Numbered from the stretch's first letter, positions 1 to 9,796 are shown. The stretch: DNA of 64,000 nucleotides from Patescibacteria group bacterium (GCA_041666685.1 JBAYGJ010000001.1:31749-95748), one strand, 5' to 3'. The notes: generated by a model not told the origin, from the letters alone. Translations and numbers: made by a program.

Positions 1-402
1 TTCTTTCACCGTCCCAACATTGAACGTCAGCGCTACCTGTTTCTGTTCAGCTGAACCACGTGAAGTAACTTTCGTACACCCATCCAGACTGAAATCACTA
101 GTTGATGCGGCGATATTTACATTCATATTGGAATTGGTATTTCCATTCACATTTGCATTAGTATTCGTGTTGGAATTCTGGTTTACGCTATTCGTATTGC
201 CATTTTCATTTGTATTGATACTGGAAAGTGTGGCGTTGTCGTTCGGTAGGGTCAGGGTCGGAGTCGGCTGTTTTGAAAATATCGAACGGCCAATCAAAAA
301 AACAACAAAAACACTGCCAGCGATAATCAATATCCTGGTCCAGTTAAACGCCGTCTTATCCCCGCGGGGGCGAAAACGCTGGTATTGTTGGTAATTTGCC
401 AT
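1..402 (-). CDS. Membrane-anchored polysaccharide deacetylase (NodB)-like protein, 5' part (runs off window)
   Basis: Manual translation MANYQQYQRF...TM helix...Asn-rich linker...KQVALTFNVG, resembling NodB motif 1 (VALTFDDG); not in ORF track because it is truncated. Confidence 0.6.
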   Translation of the reverse strand, partial: MANYQQYQRFRPRGDKTAFNWTRILIIAGSVFVVFLIGRSIFSKQPTPTLTLPNDNATLSSINTNENGNTNSVNQNSNTNTNANVNGNTNSNMNVNIAASTSDFSLDGCTKVTSRGSAEQKQVALTFNVGTVKE

Positions 403-462
403 ATCATGGTTCTCCTTCTACCCCTATTATAACGGCTTATTGGCAAATAATAAAGGGATAAG

Positions 463-484
463 AAAATGCCGGACTTTCCGGCAT
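463..484 (-). terminator. Intrinsic terminator ending the nrdR-nrdJ-cobO operon
   Basis: ATGCCGG-N5-CCGGCAT hairpin followed by a short T-run on the minus strand, just after the 500..1042 stop. Confidence 0.55.
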
Positions 485-499
485 GTATGTTGTTTTTTA

Positions 500-1042
500 T
501 TATATTGCCCGCTCGACCACCTTTGTTGATACCGGCCTCTTGGACATTGCATACTTCACAAGTTCATACACCCCGAAAAATACCGAAACATAGAAAATGT
601 CACCAAAAAACGTATTCCGGTAAAACGGCACAGCCATCACATAACTCTGTACCAAACCAGCCAATGTTTTGCTGTACAGCGGCGTAAATGCCCATACGGC
701 AAAATTCGTTATGGCATAAAACAATACCGATCCTGCGATCGTGCCTGCCGCGATCCGTCCGACATGCTTGTTTCGACGCACCCACCAACCGATCATGCCA
801 AAAAAGAAGTAACTTCCCCAGGTGAATAATACAAGGTTATGCCAACCGATGATCGAATCGCTCACGACCATGGCAACAAGGGGTATGACCACGCCCCAGC
901 GGGAGCGGACGTACGTTCCGCAAAACAGGGCCAGTGCGCCCATCGGGATAAAATTATACGGGTGCGGAACCAGGCGCATGAGTACCGTCAGCATCACAAA
1001 AACCAATACAGCCAGACTGACAAACCACCGATTGTTTTTCAT
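500..1042 (-). CDS. DUF6580-like / ECF S-component-like membrane protein, putative cobalamin transporter
   Basis: About 5-6 TM helices; RLVPHPYNFIPMGALALF, FYAITNFAVW, PFYRNT motifs; lies in a B12 operon. Confidence 0.65.
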   Translation of the reverse strand: MKNNRWFVSLAVLVFVMLTVLMRLVPHPYNFIPMGALALFCGTYVRSRWGVVIPLVAMVVSDSIIGWHNLVLFTWGSYFFFGMIGWWVRRNKHVGRIAAGTIAGSVLFYAITNFAVWAFTPLYSKTLAGLVQSYVMAVPFYRNTFFGDIFYVSVFFGVYELVKYAMSKRPVSTKVVERAI

Positions 1043-1062
1043 ATATACTTTTTTATCTTTTA

Positions 1063-1572
1063 TTAAAACAGACTGGTTTGAAATTTAAATTCGATGGCAT
1101 CTCCGGGCTGGACAATCTGCCTGTCTACGGCCATGGTGGCTGCTTGGCCGTCGATATAAAACGACCAATACTTGTTATCCTGCCCACCCTTCAGATCCCC
1201 GATGGCATTGACCAGTGTACCCATCTCACCATAATCCTTTGTGTCCAATACCAAGCCGTATATCTGCGCCGCCTGCTTGAGCGCATCAAGCGCCGTACCG
1301 CCAGTCGGTACGCTCAAATCAACACTGACTGAATTACCGCTGCTGCGTGCGATGGTGACTTTTACTTTCACCACCTCAACTCCAGCCACCCGGCCGGCAA
1401 TCGCATTGTGATTACCAACGGCGACTTGGATGTTATTGGTATGGGAGTCCTGGATGGCGATTGCCCGATCAGTCGAATAACTTGAAATAGCCAAAGCAGT
1501 AAGCAATATGACGGCAAAACTTACGACTGCGCTGGCAAACCACCAATGGAACTCCTCCTTATTGTTTTTCAT
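1063..1572 (-). CDS. DUF4430 (transcobalamin C-terminal-like) membrane-anchored protein, putative B12-binding
   Basis: N-terminal TM; TALDALK..., YGEMGTLVNAIG, KYWSFYIDG, GDAIEF motifs. Confidence 0.75.
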   Translation of the reverse strand: MKNNKEEFHWWFASAVVSFAVILLTALAISSYSTDRAIAIQDSHTNNIQVAVGNHNAIAGRVAGVEVVKVKVTIARSSGNSVSVDLSVPTGGTALDALKQAAQIYGLVLDTKDYGEMGTLVNAIGDLKGGQDNKYWSFYIDGQAATMAVDRQIVQPGDAIEFKFQTSLF

Positions 1573-1586
1573 AGTATGGCAATTAC

Positions 1587-2132
1587 TTAATAATCTATGG
1601 ACGGCCTGGCGAGTATTCCTTTGGTAAACGGATGCTTGACCATTTGTATATCCGAGACATAATCGGCCAATTGTATTATCTTAGCTGGTGCCTGCCGTCC
1701 TGTCAAAACCAATTCCACATGAGCCGGTTTTCCCTTGATCAAACTCATAACTGACTGTGCGGTTACTAGCCTCTCCTTAATTGCCACATGTATCTCGTCC
1801 AAAATGACAACACCATACCGACCGGATTGTACAGACCGTCTAGCCACTCGTAATGCGCGTTGGGCTGCCTGCTGATGAACACGTAACGGTTTCCGATCAC
1901 CTAATATTTTAACAAACCCCTCGCCGAGTGCCAGGATTTCGAGAAATGGTGCAAGTTTCTTTACGATATCAAGTTCGCCAGAACGCCACGGGCCCTTAAT
2001 GAACTGCACCATCAGCACTTTTTTTCGATAACTGATGGCGCGCAACGCCAAGCCAAGGGCGGCTGTGGTTTTCCCCTTGCCATTGCCCGTATAGACATGC
2101 ACCAAGCCTCTGTCTATCTTTTTAAATTTCAT
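1587..2132 (-). CDS. cobO: Cob(I)alamin adenosyltransferase, CobA/BtuR/CobO type
   Basis: VHVYTGNGKGKTTAALG, QFIKG, ILDEI, ELVLTGR, KHPF motifs. Confidence 0.92.
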   Translation of the reverse strand: MKFKKIDRGLVHVYTGNGKGKTTAALGLALRAISYRKKVLMVQFIKGPWRSGELDIVKKLAPFLEILALGEGFVKILGDRKPLRVHQQAAQRALRVARRSVQSGRYGVVILDEIHVAIKERLVTAQSVMSLIKGKPAHVELVLTGRQAPAKIIQLADYVSDIQMVKHPFTKGILARPSIDY

Positions 2133-2147
2133 ATCATCTCAACTATA

Positions 2148-4448
2148 TTATCCGAGACTACAAGCAGAAAACCCGCATTTAGGACACACCGAGCATCCCT
2201 CTTTGATCTCCATGTTCGTCTTGCATTCTGGGCACGTTTCGATCACATGGCTTCGGCGGGCAGCGCTTGCGACCGGGACTTTGACCGACTCACTCGATGT
2301 TTTCACGGTCGGTATAGTTACTGCGCCACTGCGGAGGTCTTCATAATTATAGCTGAATGATTTTTTCGATTCCTTGTGCTTGACTGAGCCGATGTTCAGT
2401 ACCTGTACGTCACGCGATCGGTCCCGGTAAATAGTCACGCCTTTGCATCCTTGCCGGTAAGCCAGCATATACACCTCTTCAACATCCTCAACTTTTGCGT
2501 CATTCGGAAAATTAACCGTTTTGGAAACTGCATTATCAGTAAACTTTTGGAACACGGACTGCATTTTCAGATGCCACTCCGGTGTAATGTCATGGGAAAC
2601 CACAAACAGTCTCTGCCATTTGGCCGGCACTTCATCCATGCCCTGGACTCCGCCATGTTCGGCGATTTTCTTCATAAGTTCTTCAGTAAAAAATCCTTCA
2701 CGGCGGGCAATATATTCAAATAACGGGTTCACTTCAATGAGCTCATTATCATCCATGACATTGCGGATGTACGAGATGGCGAACAGCGGCTCAATTCCAG
2801 ACGAACATCCGGCGATGATGCTGATGGTGCCAGTCGGTGCGATGGTATTGGTCGTTGAATTACGCATCTTCGGCGCACCCGGTTTGTCGAAAATACTCCC
2901 TTCAAAATTCGGAAACTGTCCGCGGTCCTGCGCCAAATCCTGAGACATTATCTTTGATTCATCGGCAATAAATTTCATTATTTTCTCGCCTAATTCCACC
3001 GCTTCCCGGCTGTCATACGGTACGCCCAGCATGATCAATACATCGGCCCATCCCATCAGGCCAAGGCCAATCTTCCTGTTGTCATGCACCATATTGGTAA
3101 TCTGCGGCAGCGGATAGTGGCTCATATCAATGACATTATCCAGAAAATGAATGGCCGTGCGTATGGTCGTGCGCATCTTGTCCCAATCAATCTCCACAGT
3201 TTCACCGACTGAAAAATCACCTTTGACCATCTTGGCCAAATTCAATGAACCGAGATTGCATGCCTCAAATGGCAGTAATGGCTGCTCGCCACATGGATTC
3301 GTGGCTTCCATTTCGCCGACTTTGGGCGTGGGATTATCGTGGTTAATCCGGTCGATAAAAACAATGCCCGGATCCCCATTTTTCCAGGCCAACGTGACAA
3401 TCAGGTCAAATACCTTGCGTGCATTCAACCGGTCCACGACCGTCTTGTCCTTGGGGTTCAACAGGTCGTAGTCAGTGTTCTGTTCGACGGCTTTCATAAA
3501 ATCTTCAGTCACGGCTACGGAAATGTTAAAATTATTCAAACGGTCATTATTCTCCTTGGCGGTAATGAATTCTAAAATATCCGGATGGTCGACCCGCAAA
3601 ATACCCATATTCGCCCCTCGACGGGTGCCACCCTGTTTAATGGTCTCAGTCGCCGCATCAAACACGGTCATGAACGATACCGGTCCTGAGGCCACGCCTT
3701 TCGTTGACATGACGCGGTCGTTTTTTGGGCGGAGCCGCGAAAACGAAAATCCGGTTCCACCGCCTGTTTTATGCACCAAAGCGGTCCATTTCACCGCATC
3801 AAAAATCTCCTCCATGGAATCACCGACCGGCAACACGAAACAGGCCGCCAGCTGCTGAAGTTCCTTGCCCGCATTCATCAATGTCGGGGAATTCGGGACA
3901 AACTCCAGCCGAGAAAGGACCTGATAAAATTCATCCTCAGTTTTTACCAAATCAATTTTCTGGTTCAAAAGCGAATCATACCGGGCGTCAGCTTGGGCGA
4001 TATTGGCGGCTACGCGGCGGAACATCTGAGGCGGTGTTTCAATGACCTTGCCGTTTGGATCCTTGCGCAGATACCGCTTGGAGAGCACGCGCAATGAATT
4101 CACAGACAGATTCGTATCCAGTTCAGGTAGGCCCAAATACGATCCCTTGGCGGCGCGGATCTTCTGGTGCTCTTTTCGATATAAAATATAAGCTTTCGCT
4201 AATTGGATTTGTTTTTCCTTGATCAGGACTTCTTCAACAATATCCTGAATCTGCTCGACTGTCGGGACCGTTGTGCTGTCGTACTTTTTCTCGAGGACGC
4301 CGACCACCTTTTTGCATAGCTTCTCGGCCAGCTTCTGGTCCTCCTGCTGGATGGATACCGTCGCTTTGTAAATTGCGTTTGTGATCTTTTCCAAGTCAAA
4401 CTCCACGACGACGCCCGAACGTTTACGTATCTTGTTTATTTTTACCAT
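2148..4448 (-). CDS. nrdJ: Class II adenosylcobalamin-dependent ribonucleotide reductase with N-terminal ATP cone and C-terminal Zn ribbon
   Basis: ATP cone; PNSPTLMNAG, ACFVL, GGGTG, TNPCGEQ, CNLGS, TIAPTGTISIIAGCSSGIEP; no nrdB nearby; next to cobO. Confidence 0.9.
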   Translation of the reverse strand: MVKINKIRKRSGVVVEFDLEKITNAIYKATVSIQQEDQKLAEKLCKKVVGVLEKKYDSTTVPTVEQIQDIVEEVLIKEKQIQLAKAYILYRKEHQKIRAAKGSYLGLPELDTNLSVNSLRVLSKRYLRKDPNGKVIETPPQMFRRVAANIAQADARYDSLLNQKIDLVKTEDEFYQVLSRLEFVPNSPTLMNAGKELQQLAACFVLPVGDSMEEIFDAVKWTALVHKTGGGTGFSFSRLRPKNDRVMSTKGVASGPVSFMTVFDAATETIKQGGTRRGANMGILRVDHPDILEFITAKENNDRLNNFNISVAVTEDFMKAVEQNTDYDLLNPKDKTVVDRLNARKVFDLIVTLAWKNGDPGIVFIDRINHDNPTPKVGEMEATNPCGEQPLLPFEACNLGSLNLAKMVKGDFSVGETVEIDWDKMRTTIRTAIHFLDNVIDMSHYPLPQITNMVHDNRKIGLGLMGWADVLIMLGVPYDSREAVELGEKIMKFIADESKIMSQDLAQDRGQFPNFEGSIFDKPGAPKMRNSTTNTIAPTGTISIIAGCSSGIEPLFAISYIRNVMDDNELIEVNPLFEYIARREGFFTEELMKKIAEHGGVQGMDEVPAKWQRLFVVSHDITPEWHLKMQSVFQKFTDNAVSKTVNFPNDAKVEDVEEVYMLAYRQGCKGVTIYRDRSRDVQVLNIGSVKHKESKKSFSYNYEDLRSGAVTIPTVKTSSESVKVPVASAARRSHVIETCPECKTNMEIKEGCSVCPKCGFSACSLG

Positions 4449-4466
4449 ACTATTATCAATTAGTAT

Positions 4467-4937
4467 TTATTTTCTTTTCGTTCTCCGATTGCTGATCAGC
4501 TTACGGAGCTCATGTTGGAATGTTTGCGCGTCCTTGAACGACCGATAGACCGAGGCGAAACGGATATACGCAACCTCATCCTTCTTTTTCAGGTGCTTCA
4601 TGATTATTTCACCGATCTGGCTGCTTTTGATCTCCTCTCGGCCGACCATCTGGATGTCTCGTTCGACTTGGCTTACTAGCCGCTTGAATTCGTCCTGGGT
4701 AATAGGACGCTTTTCGAATGATTTTTTTAAACCGGACTCTAGCTTGTCTTTGGCATACGGCTCCCGATGCCCATCACGCTTGATGACGGTAACATTCAGT
4801 ATTTCCGCTTCCTCATAGGTAGAGAAACGAAAGCCGCAGCGCAGGCACCGGCGGCGTCGCCGAATGGCCATGGCGTCATTAACCAGGCGGGAATCACTTA
4901 CTTTAGTGTCCGCATAATGGCAAGCTGGGCATTTCAT
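4467..4937 (-). CDS. nrdR: Transcriptional repressor NrdR
   Basis: MKCPAC...DSR...IRRRRRC..C..RFSTYE, VAYIRFASVY. Confidence 0.97.
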   Translation of the reverse strand: MKCPACHYADTKVSDSRLVNDAMAIRRRRRCLRCGFRFSTYEEAEILNVTVIKRDGHREPYAKDKLESGLKKSFEKRPITQDEFKRLVSQVERDIQMVGREEIKSSQIGEIIMKHLKKKDEVAYIRFASVYRSFKDAQTFQHELRKLISNRRTKRK

Positions 4938-4939
4938 AA

Positions 4940-4995
4940 TATCAACATGTAGTACGTCCGATTAACAGTATACTACTAAATATGGATACGGTCAA
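4940..4995 (-). promoter_or_regulatory. sigma70 promoter with two NrdR boxes
   Basis: TTGACC(4995-4990)-N17-TATACT(4972-4967); NrdR-box-like cores CAACATGTAG (4943-4952) and CTAAATATGG (4976-4985), 33 bp apart. Confidence 0.75.
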
Positions 4996-5025
4996 ATAGG
5001 CTAAATTAGCTGAAAATGCTAATTC

Positions 5026-5034
5026 TGTGGATAA
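5026..5034. promoter_or_regulatory. Perfect DnaA box upstream of the nrd promoter
   Basis: TGTGGATAA is the reverse complement of TTATCCACA. Confidence 0.5.
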
Positions 5035-5159
5035 CTAGCATCATATTTCAATACATGAGACTCCTGGCGCAATTTTTCGCAGCCAAAACATGGCCGCGGA
5101 AAACAATTTTGGTTGTACTTTTTGTGTTACTGCACGATACCAGCGAAATGTATCGCCTA

Positions 5160-6359
5160 CTACATCATTTTCTTGCGGATAAAAGCCGGTATCTCCAAAT
5201 CATCCTCTTCTGAAATTGTCGGTTCTTTCTTTGGCAACGACGGAACCGGCGGTGGAGTATATGCGGGTCTTTGTTCCGGCACTGATTTTATTTTATTGGA
5301 CGAAAATATCGTTTTTGGCTCCTCACGCTCCACCATGCCGCCAAAACTGATCGGTTTTATCTTTTTCAGGGACTTTTGCTTCCCCCCAAATCCAGTGGCA
5401 ATGACGGTAATCTTTATTTGGTCCTTCATCGCTTCATCGATCACAGCACCAAATATGACACGGGCATTCGGGTCGCCGGACGCAGTAATGATCCGTGCCG
5501 CCTCATTGACTTCATACATACCCAGATCAGGTCCGCCGGTTACAGTGAACAAGATACCCTTAGCCCCTTCTATGGACAACTCAAGCAGCGGACTGTCAAC
5601 TGCGGCTTTGGCCGCGTCGATGGCCCGATTTTCACCGGACCCCTGCCCGATTCCCATCAATGCCGAGCCGGCGCTTTCCATGATGGAACGCACATCGGCA
5701 AAATCAACGTTGATTAGTCCGGGAACGGTAATCAGGTCTGAAATCCCCTGCACACCCTGGCGTAACACTTCATCAACTGTCCCAAACGCATCAAGCAATG
5801 AGGTCTTTTTATCGATGATCTGAAGAATGCGGTCATTCGGGATGGTAATGATCGTATCGACTTTTTCCGTCAATTCCGCCAAGCCAGCTTCAGCGATGCT
5901 TTTCCGCTGTGCCCCCTCAAATGAGAACGGTTTTGTCACGACAGCGACCGTCAAAGCCCCGACATCCTTGGCAATATCCGCAATCAGAGGCGAGGCGCCA
6001 GTCCCCGTTCCGCCGCCCATGCCGCATGTGATGAAAATCATATCCGAACCTTTCAGCAGGTCATGAATCCCGTCCTGGTCCTCCTCTGCAGCCTTCCTCC
6101 CGATCTCAGAATCCATGCCAGCCCCCAAACCGCGCGTCGTGGTCTTGCCGATATGGAGCTTATGGGGGGCTTTTGAATGGTGCAGGGCCTGCGCATCAGT
6201 ATTGATGGCAATAAACTCGACACCACGTATCTTGGTGCTGATCATGCGGTCTATCGCCGCACCGCCGGAACCGCCTACGCCAACGACTTTTATCTTGGCA
6301 AACGTCTCAATGTCAGGTTTAATTTCCATAGTATTCCGATTAGAATTGTAATTTTTCAT
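5160..6359 (-). CDS. ftsZ: Cell division protein FtsZ (start may be 6329)
   Basis: [23 protein letters not shown]-terminal LEIPAFIRK. Confidence 0.98.
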   Translation of the reverse strand: MKNYNSNRNTMEIKPDIETFAKIKVVGVGGSGGAAIDRMISTKIRGVEFIAINTDAQALHHSKAPHKLHIGKTTTRGLGAGMDSEIGRKAAEEDQDGIHDLLKGSDMIFITCGMGGGTGTGASPLIADIAKDVGALTVAVVTKPFSFEGAQRKSIAEAGLAELTEKVDTIITIPNDRILQIIDKKTSLLDAFGTVDEVLRQGVQGISDLITVPGLINVDFADVRSIMESAGSALMGIGQGSGENRAIDAAKAAVDSPLLELSIEGAKGILFTVTGGPDLGMYEVNEAARIITASGDPNARVIFGAVIDEAMKDQIKITVIATGFGGKQKSLKKIKPISFGGMVEREEPKTIFSSNKIKSVPEQRPAYTPPPVPSLPKKEPTISEEDDLEIPAFIRKKMM

Positions 6360-6380
6360 TATATATACCCCCTCCCAACG

Positions 6381-7634
6381 TTACGGCATTAATGATTTAA
6401 ACCATTGCTTCATTTTTGACGTCACTTCCTTGGCAGATGAGAAATTCGGCAATTTAAACCCGCGGCCACTGCTGTCTTTGTCCGATAAACCGGCGCCCCA
6501 ATAGAGGAGCCCGATCGCCGTGGAGTAATTTACGTCATTAACTTTATCAACGGCCGTCGAAGCCAAATCCAGTGGATATCCGAGCGAGGCAGGCAGTTTG
6601 AATTCCCGTTTCGCCACCTCGATCAATCCGGGCAGCTTGGCGCCACCGCCTGTAATAATAACTCCGGCCGGCAGTAATCCGGCCCGATCGATTTTCTGCA
6701 ACTCCTTATCGGCCATTTTGAAAATTTCCTCAGTCCGGGCTTCGATAATCTCCGCAATATGGCGCCGTGATACCACGCCTTCTTCGCGTGAATCAATTTC
6801 TCCGAGGTTAATCTCCTCACGTTTATTTATTTCGTCGGGGACAGCGTTGCCATATTCAATTTTAATCTTTTCAGCCAAATCTATCGATGTTCGCAAACCG
6901 ATGGCGATGTCATTCGTCACATGACTAGACCCGACCGGCAAAATTGCCGTATGCAACACATCGCCTTCCTCAAAAACCAGCAGACTGGTTGTTGATCCGC
7001 CGATATTCAACAGCGCTACACCCAAATCACGCTGCTTTTTTGTCAGGACGGACTCGGCAGAGGCCAAAACACCGAGGACAAGATCATTGATATCGATACC
7101 AGTACGGTAAATGCATTTAGTAATGTTTTTTACTTGAGAAGACAGCCCCTGGATTATCTGGGCGTCAACCTCTAGCCGAATTCCGGTCATACCGACCGGG
7201 TCCTTGATCCCTTTTTGGTTATCAACCGTAAAGCTCCTCGGGATGACATGGAGAATCTCATAATTTGGCGGTGTCGCAACTGCCTGCGCCGCTTCAATTA
7301 CCCGCTCAACATCCTCCTCACGGATCTCACCGTCGGATTTTGATACCGCGATGACCCCATGGCTTTCCTGGGCAGTAATATGGCTGCCATTGATGCCCAC
7401 ATAGGCGTGTTCAACTGGAATACCGGTCATACGCTCAACCTTTTCAAGGGTCGCCGAGATGGAGGAGACGGCGTCTTCGATACTGGTAATCGCACCTTTG
7501 CTCACCCCTTCAGCCGGATGCTCTGCAGCACCCAACACATGAATTTTATTGTCATGCGGATTGACCTGCCCGACCACGATACGGATGGTAGTAGAGCCAA
7601 TATCAAGACCAGTTATGATTTCTTCTTTAGCCAT
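6381..7634 (-). CDS. ftsA: Cell division protein FtsA
   Basis: GLDIGSTTI, ILHVIPRSF, ITGGGAKL; upstream of ftsZ; start set at MAKEE. Confidence 0.97.
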   Translation of the reverse strand: MAKEEIITGLDIGSTTIRIVVGQVNPHDNKIHVLGAAEHPAEGVSKGAITSIEDAVSSISATLEKVERMTGIPVEHAYVGINGSHITAQESHGVIAVSKSDGEIREEDVERVIEAAQAVATPPNYEILHVIPRSFTVDNQKGIKDPVGMTGIRLEVDAQIIQGLSSQVKNITKCIYRTGIDINDLVLGVLASAESVLTKKQRDLGVALLNIGGSTTSLLVFEEGDVLHTAILPVGSSHVTNDIAIGLRTSIDLAEKIKIEYGNAVPDEINKREEINLGEIDSREEGVVSRRHIAEIIEARTEEIFKMADKELQKIDRAGLLPAGVIITGGGAKLPGLIEVAKREFKLPASLGYPLDLASTAVDKVNDVNYSTAIGLLYWGAGLSDKDSSGRGFKLPNFSSAKEVTSKMKQWFKSLMP

Positions 7635-7795
7635 ATATTTTTTTAACGGAATCCCTATGCGCACTCCAGTTAACCGTCTGTCTGAGCAGCCGTAGAGTGC
7701 GGTTCATTTACCCATATTATAAAGGATTTATATGTAATATGCAAAAGGTCCATTAACACGCGTATTTTTACCAATTTTGGCCTGGTTCTGGAACA

Positions 7796-8164
7796 CTACC
7801 AGGAAACAAAATAAGGCACAAAAATAAGCAAACCGATAACAACCGCCCCGATCGAGGCTACCAGAACTGCGGCAGCCATCACATCCTTGATCACCTCAAC
7901 ATACATATGTATCCGGGGGCTGAGGATGTCGGCGACTTTCTCAAAAATCGTATTGATCAGTTCCAAAGCCAGAACAAACATCATAATCATAAGCAAAATT
8001 ATCGCCTGCCAAAGCGCTACCTCAAAATAGATCATGAAAATGATGACGATCAGGCTGGCCAGGAGGTGCAGGCGGATGTTCTGTTCATTTTTCAGGGCAT
8101 ACCAAAAGCCACGGCCGGCATAACGGAAGCTTTTAATGAGTTTGCGAAAATCAATTAGCGGCAT
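7796..8164 (-). CDS. dgkA: Diacylglycerol/undecaprenol kinase family
   Basis: SFRYAGRG...EQNIRLH, ELINTIFE, KDVMAAAVL. Confidence 0.9.
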   Translation of the reverse strand: MPLIDFRKLIKSFRYAGRGFWYALKNEQNIRLHLLASLIVIIFMIYFEVALWQAIILLMIMMFVLALELINTIFEKVADILSPRIHMYVEVIKDVMAAAVLVASIGAVVIGLLIFVPYFVSW

Positions 8165-8183
8165 ACGGAAAAATTACAGTAAA

Positions 8184-8627
8184 TTAGTTGTTCGACAGAT
8201 ACGCGCGCAAAATGCGTTTTTCTAGGCGTTGCATTTTTACCGCAGCCGCATTTCTTATATGGTCATGACCAATCAAATGGAGCCACCCATGAATAAGCAA
8301 AATAATAACTTCTTCCCTGAATGAATGGAGTAATCGTTTTGCCTGCCGCCTCGTATATGGTACCGCAATGACGATTTCACCTACATACCCGGTGGAAATC
8401 ATTTCGGCTTTCTTCACGTCCAATTCTGAAAACGAAAGTACATCAGTGGGACGATCAATGTGCCGGTACTGGCGGTTTAAGCGACGACTGACCGCATCGC
8501 TGACAAAAGCGACCGACACCTCAGCATGGCGATACTGAGGATCCTCTTTGGCGGCCACTGCCATGACACGTTTCACCAGCTTCTCATGGACGCCCGACGC
8601 ATAAAGTTGGTTAACCAGGACCCGCAT
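8184..8627 (-). CDS. ybeY: rRNA maturation endoribonuclease YbeY
   Basis: LNRQYR..DRPTDVLSF, HGWLHLIGHDH. Confidence 0.95.
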   Translation of the reverse strand: MRVLVNQLYASGVHEKLVKRVMAVAAKEDPQYRHAEVSVAFVSDAVSRRLNRQYRHIDRPTDVLSFSELDVKKAEMISTGYVGEIVIAVPYTRRQAKRLLHSFREEVIILLIHGWLHLIGHDHIRNAAAVKMQRLEKRILRAYLSNN

Positions 8628-9784
8628 TAGAGCCGATTGGTTGCGGAATTCAAATTGCTGTTTGTATTTGATGTATTGGTGTTATGGTTCGCGTTGATAT
8701 TGGTATTGGTATTTGTGTTCGTATTCCGATTTGTATTTATGTTGGTTGCCGTATTGGTATTCACCGGCACTACCCCGATCCTGAAACTGCGGTACATCGC
8801 CTGAAATACCGTTTTGTAATTTGCCTGAGCCAGAATATTAATGTTGTAATTAATAAGGTACACTCTGCTCCCGCTGACGAAATATGCCGTGAGTCCATCA
8901 ACGCTCAAAACTCCGGACAAAGTTTTATCCCAATTTGTAACACTCATAATTTTTGACGAGTCGATACCAGGCGACTGGGTGAGGTACCAGTCACGTGCGG
9001 ATAGCCCGGCGGGGTTCTCCTGCACGCTCACCTCGACAAACTCGCCGCTGGCCGTGAACATTTTCCCGCGGGTATTCTGTGGATCGTCTGATAACGCCCA
9101 ACTCGCAGGGTACAGTGTCGAATACCCGTATACACTGTCATAATACGTTTTTATGGCCGCATTTGCCTCGATTTTACCCGTCCCAGCCGGATTGTATCCC
9201 CCGCCGACCTCCAGGCCATCAGAATAACTGTCCCCATCCGTATCGGCTTTATTCGGGTTGGTGCTAAAAATCGTTTCCTCTACGTCAGTCAAACCGTCAC
9301 TGTCGCTGTCCTGGCTGGACACCACTGGAGTTATATTGGTATTTACCGACGTATTTGTGTTATTCACATTAAAAACTGGGAATAAATTCGTATTGCCGGA
9401 CATGTTCGCATTACTGTTCCCGTTGGTGTTTTTATTCGTATTGCCGGACATGTTCGCATTACTGTTCCCGTTGGTGTTTTTATTCGTATTCGAATTAGCA
9501 TTCTGGTTTCCGGCGATATTGCTGTTTGCGTTTTGGTTCGTGACAACGATATTTTGATTAGCATTCGTATTAGCTGATGGACCGAATTTTTTATAGGCAA
9601 AATAACCGGCCACCCCCAGAATCAGTACCACCACAATAATGATCAGCCACAAAAACAATCGGGAGCCGCCACCCGACGAACCGTGATCGTCAATGTGAAA
9701 CTTGGCCGGCATCGTGTACATCTTTACCGGTTTATTGGACATTTGGGAATTGGCAGTTGGAAGTGGCGGTGTTTCAAATGGCAT
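8627..9784 (-). CDS. Membrane-anchored Asn-rich protein with bacterial TSP3 Ca-binding repeats and a PsbP-like domain
   Basis: TM helix, NxN-rich linkers, DSDSDGLTDVEE and DTDGDSYSDGLE repeats, YSTLYPASW. Confidence 0.7.
   Translation of the reverse strand: MPFETPPLPTANSQMSNKPVKMYTMPAKFHIDDHGSSGGGSRLFLWLIIIVVVLILGVAGYFAYKKFGPSANTNANQNIVVTNQNANSNIAGNQNANSNTNKNTNGNSNANMSGNTNKNTNGNSNANMSGNTNLFPVFNVNNTNTSVNTNITPVVSSQDSDSDGLTDVEETIFSTNPNKADTDGDSYSDGLEVGGGYNPAGTGKIEANAAIKTYYDSVYGYSTLYPASWALSDDPQNTRGKMFTASGEFVEVSVQENPAGLSARDWYLTQSPGIDSSKIMSVTNWDKTLSGVLSVDGLTAYFVSGSRVYLINYNINILAQANYKTVFQAMYRSFRIGVVPVNTNTATNINTNRNTNTNTNTNINANHNTNTSNTNSNLNSATNRL
9386..9490. repeat. Perfect 48-bp tandem repeat (about 2.2 copies), in frame
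   Basis: ATTCGTATTGCCGGACATGTTCGCATTACTGTTCCCGTTGGTGTTTTT x2; encodes KNTNGNSNANMSGNTN. Confidence 0.95.
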
Positions 9785-9796
9785 AGATAGAAATCC

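Noticed and set aside
4938-5159. Cobalamin riboswitch upstream of the B12 operon
   Set aside because: No B12-box or GGGAA...GCCACTG-like core seen; the promoter lies only about 30 bp from the nrdR start
9386-9490. CRISPR-like repeat
   Set aside because: Adjacent in-frame 48-bp tandem units with no spacers and no cas genes
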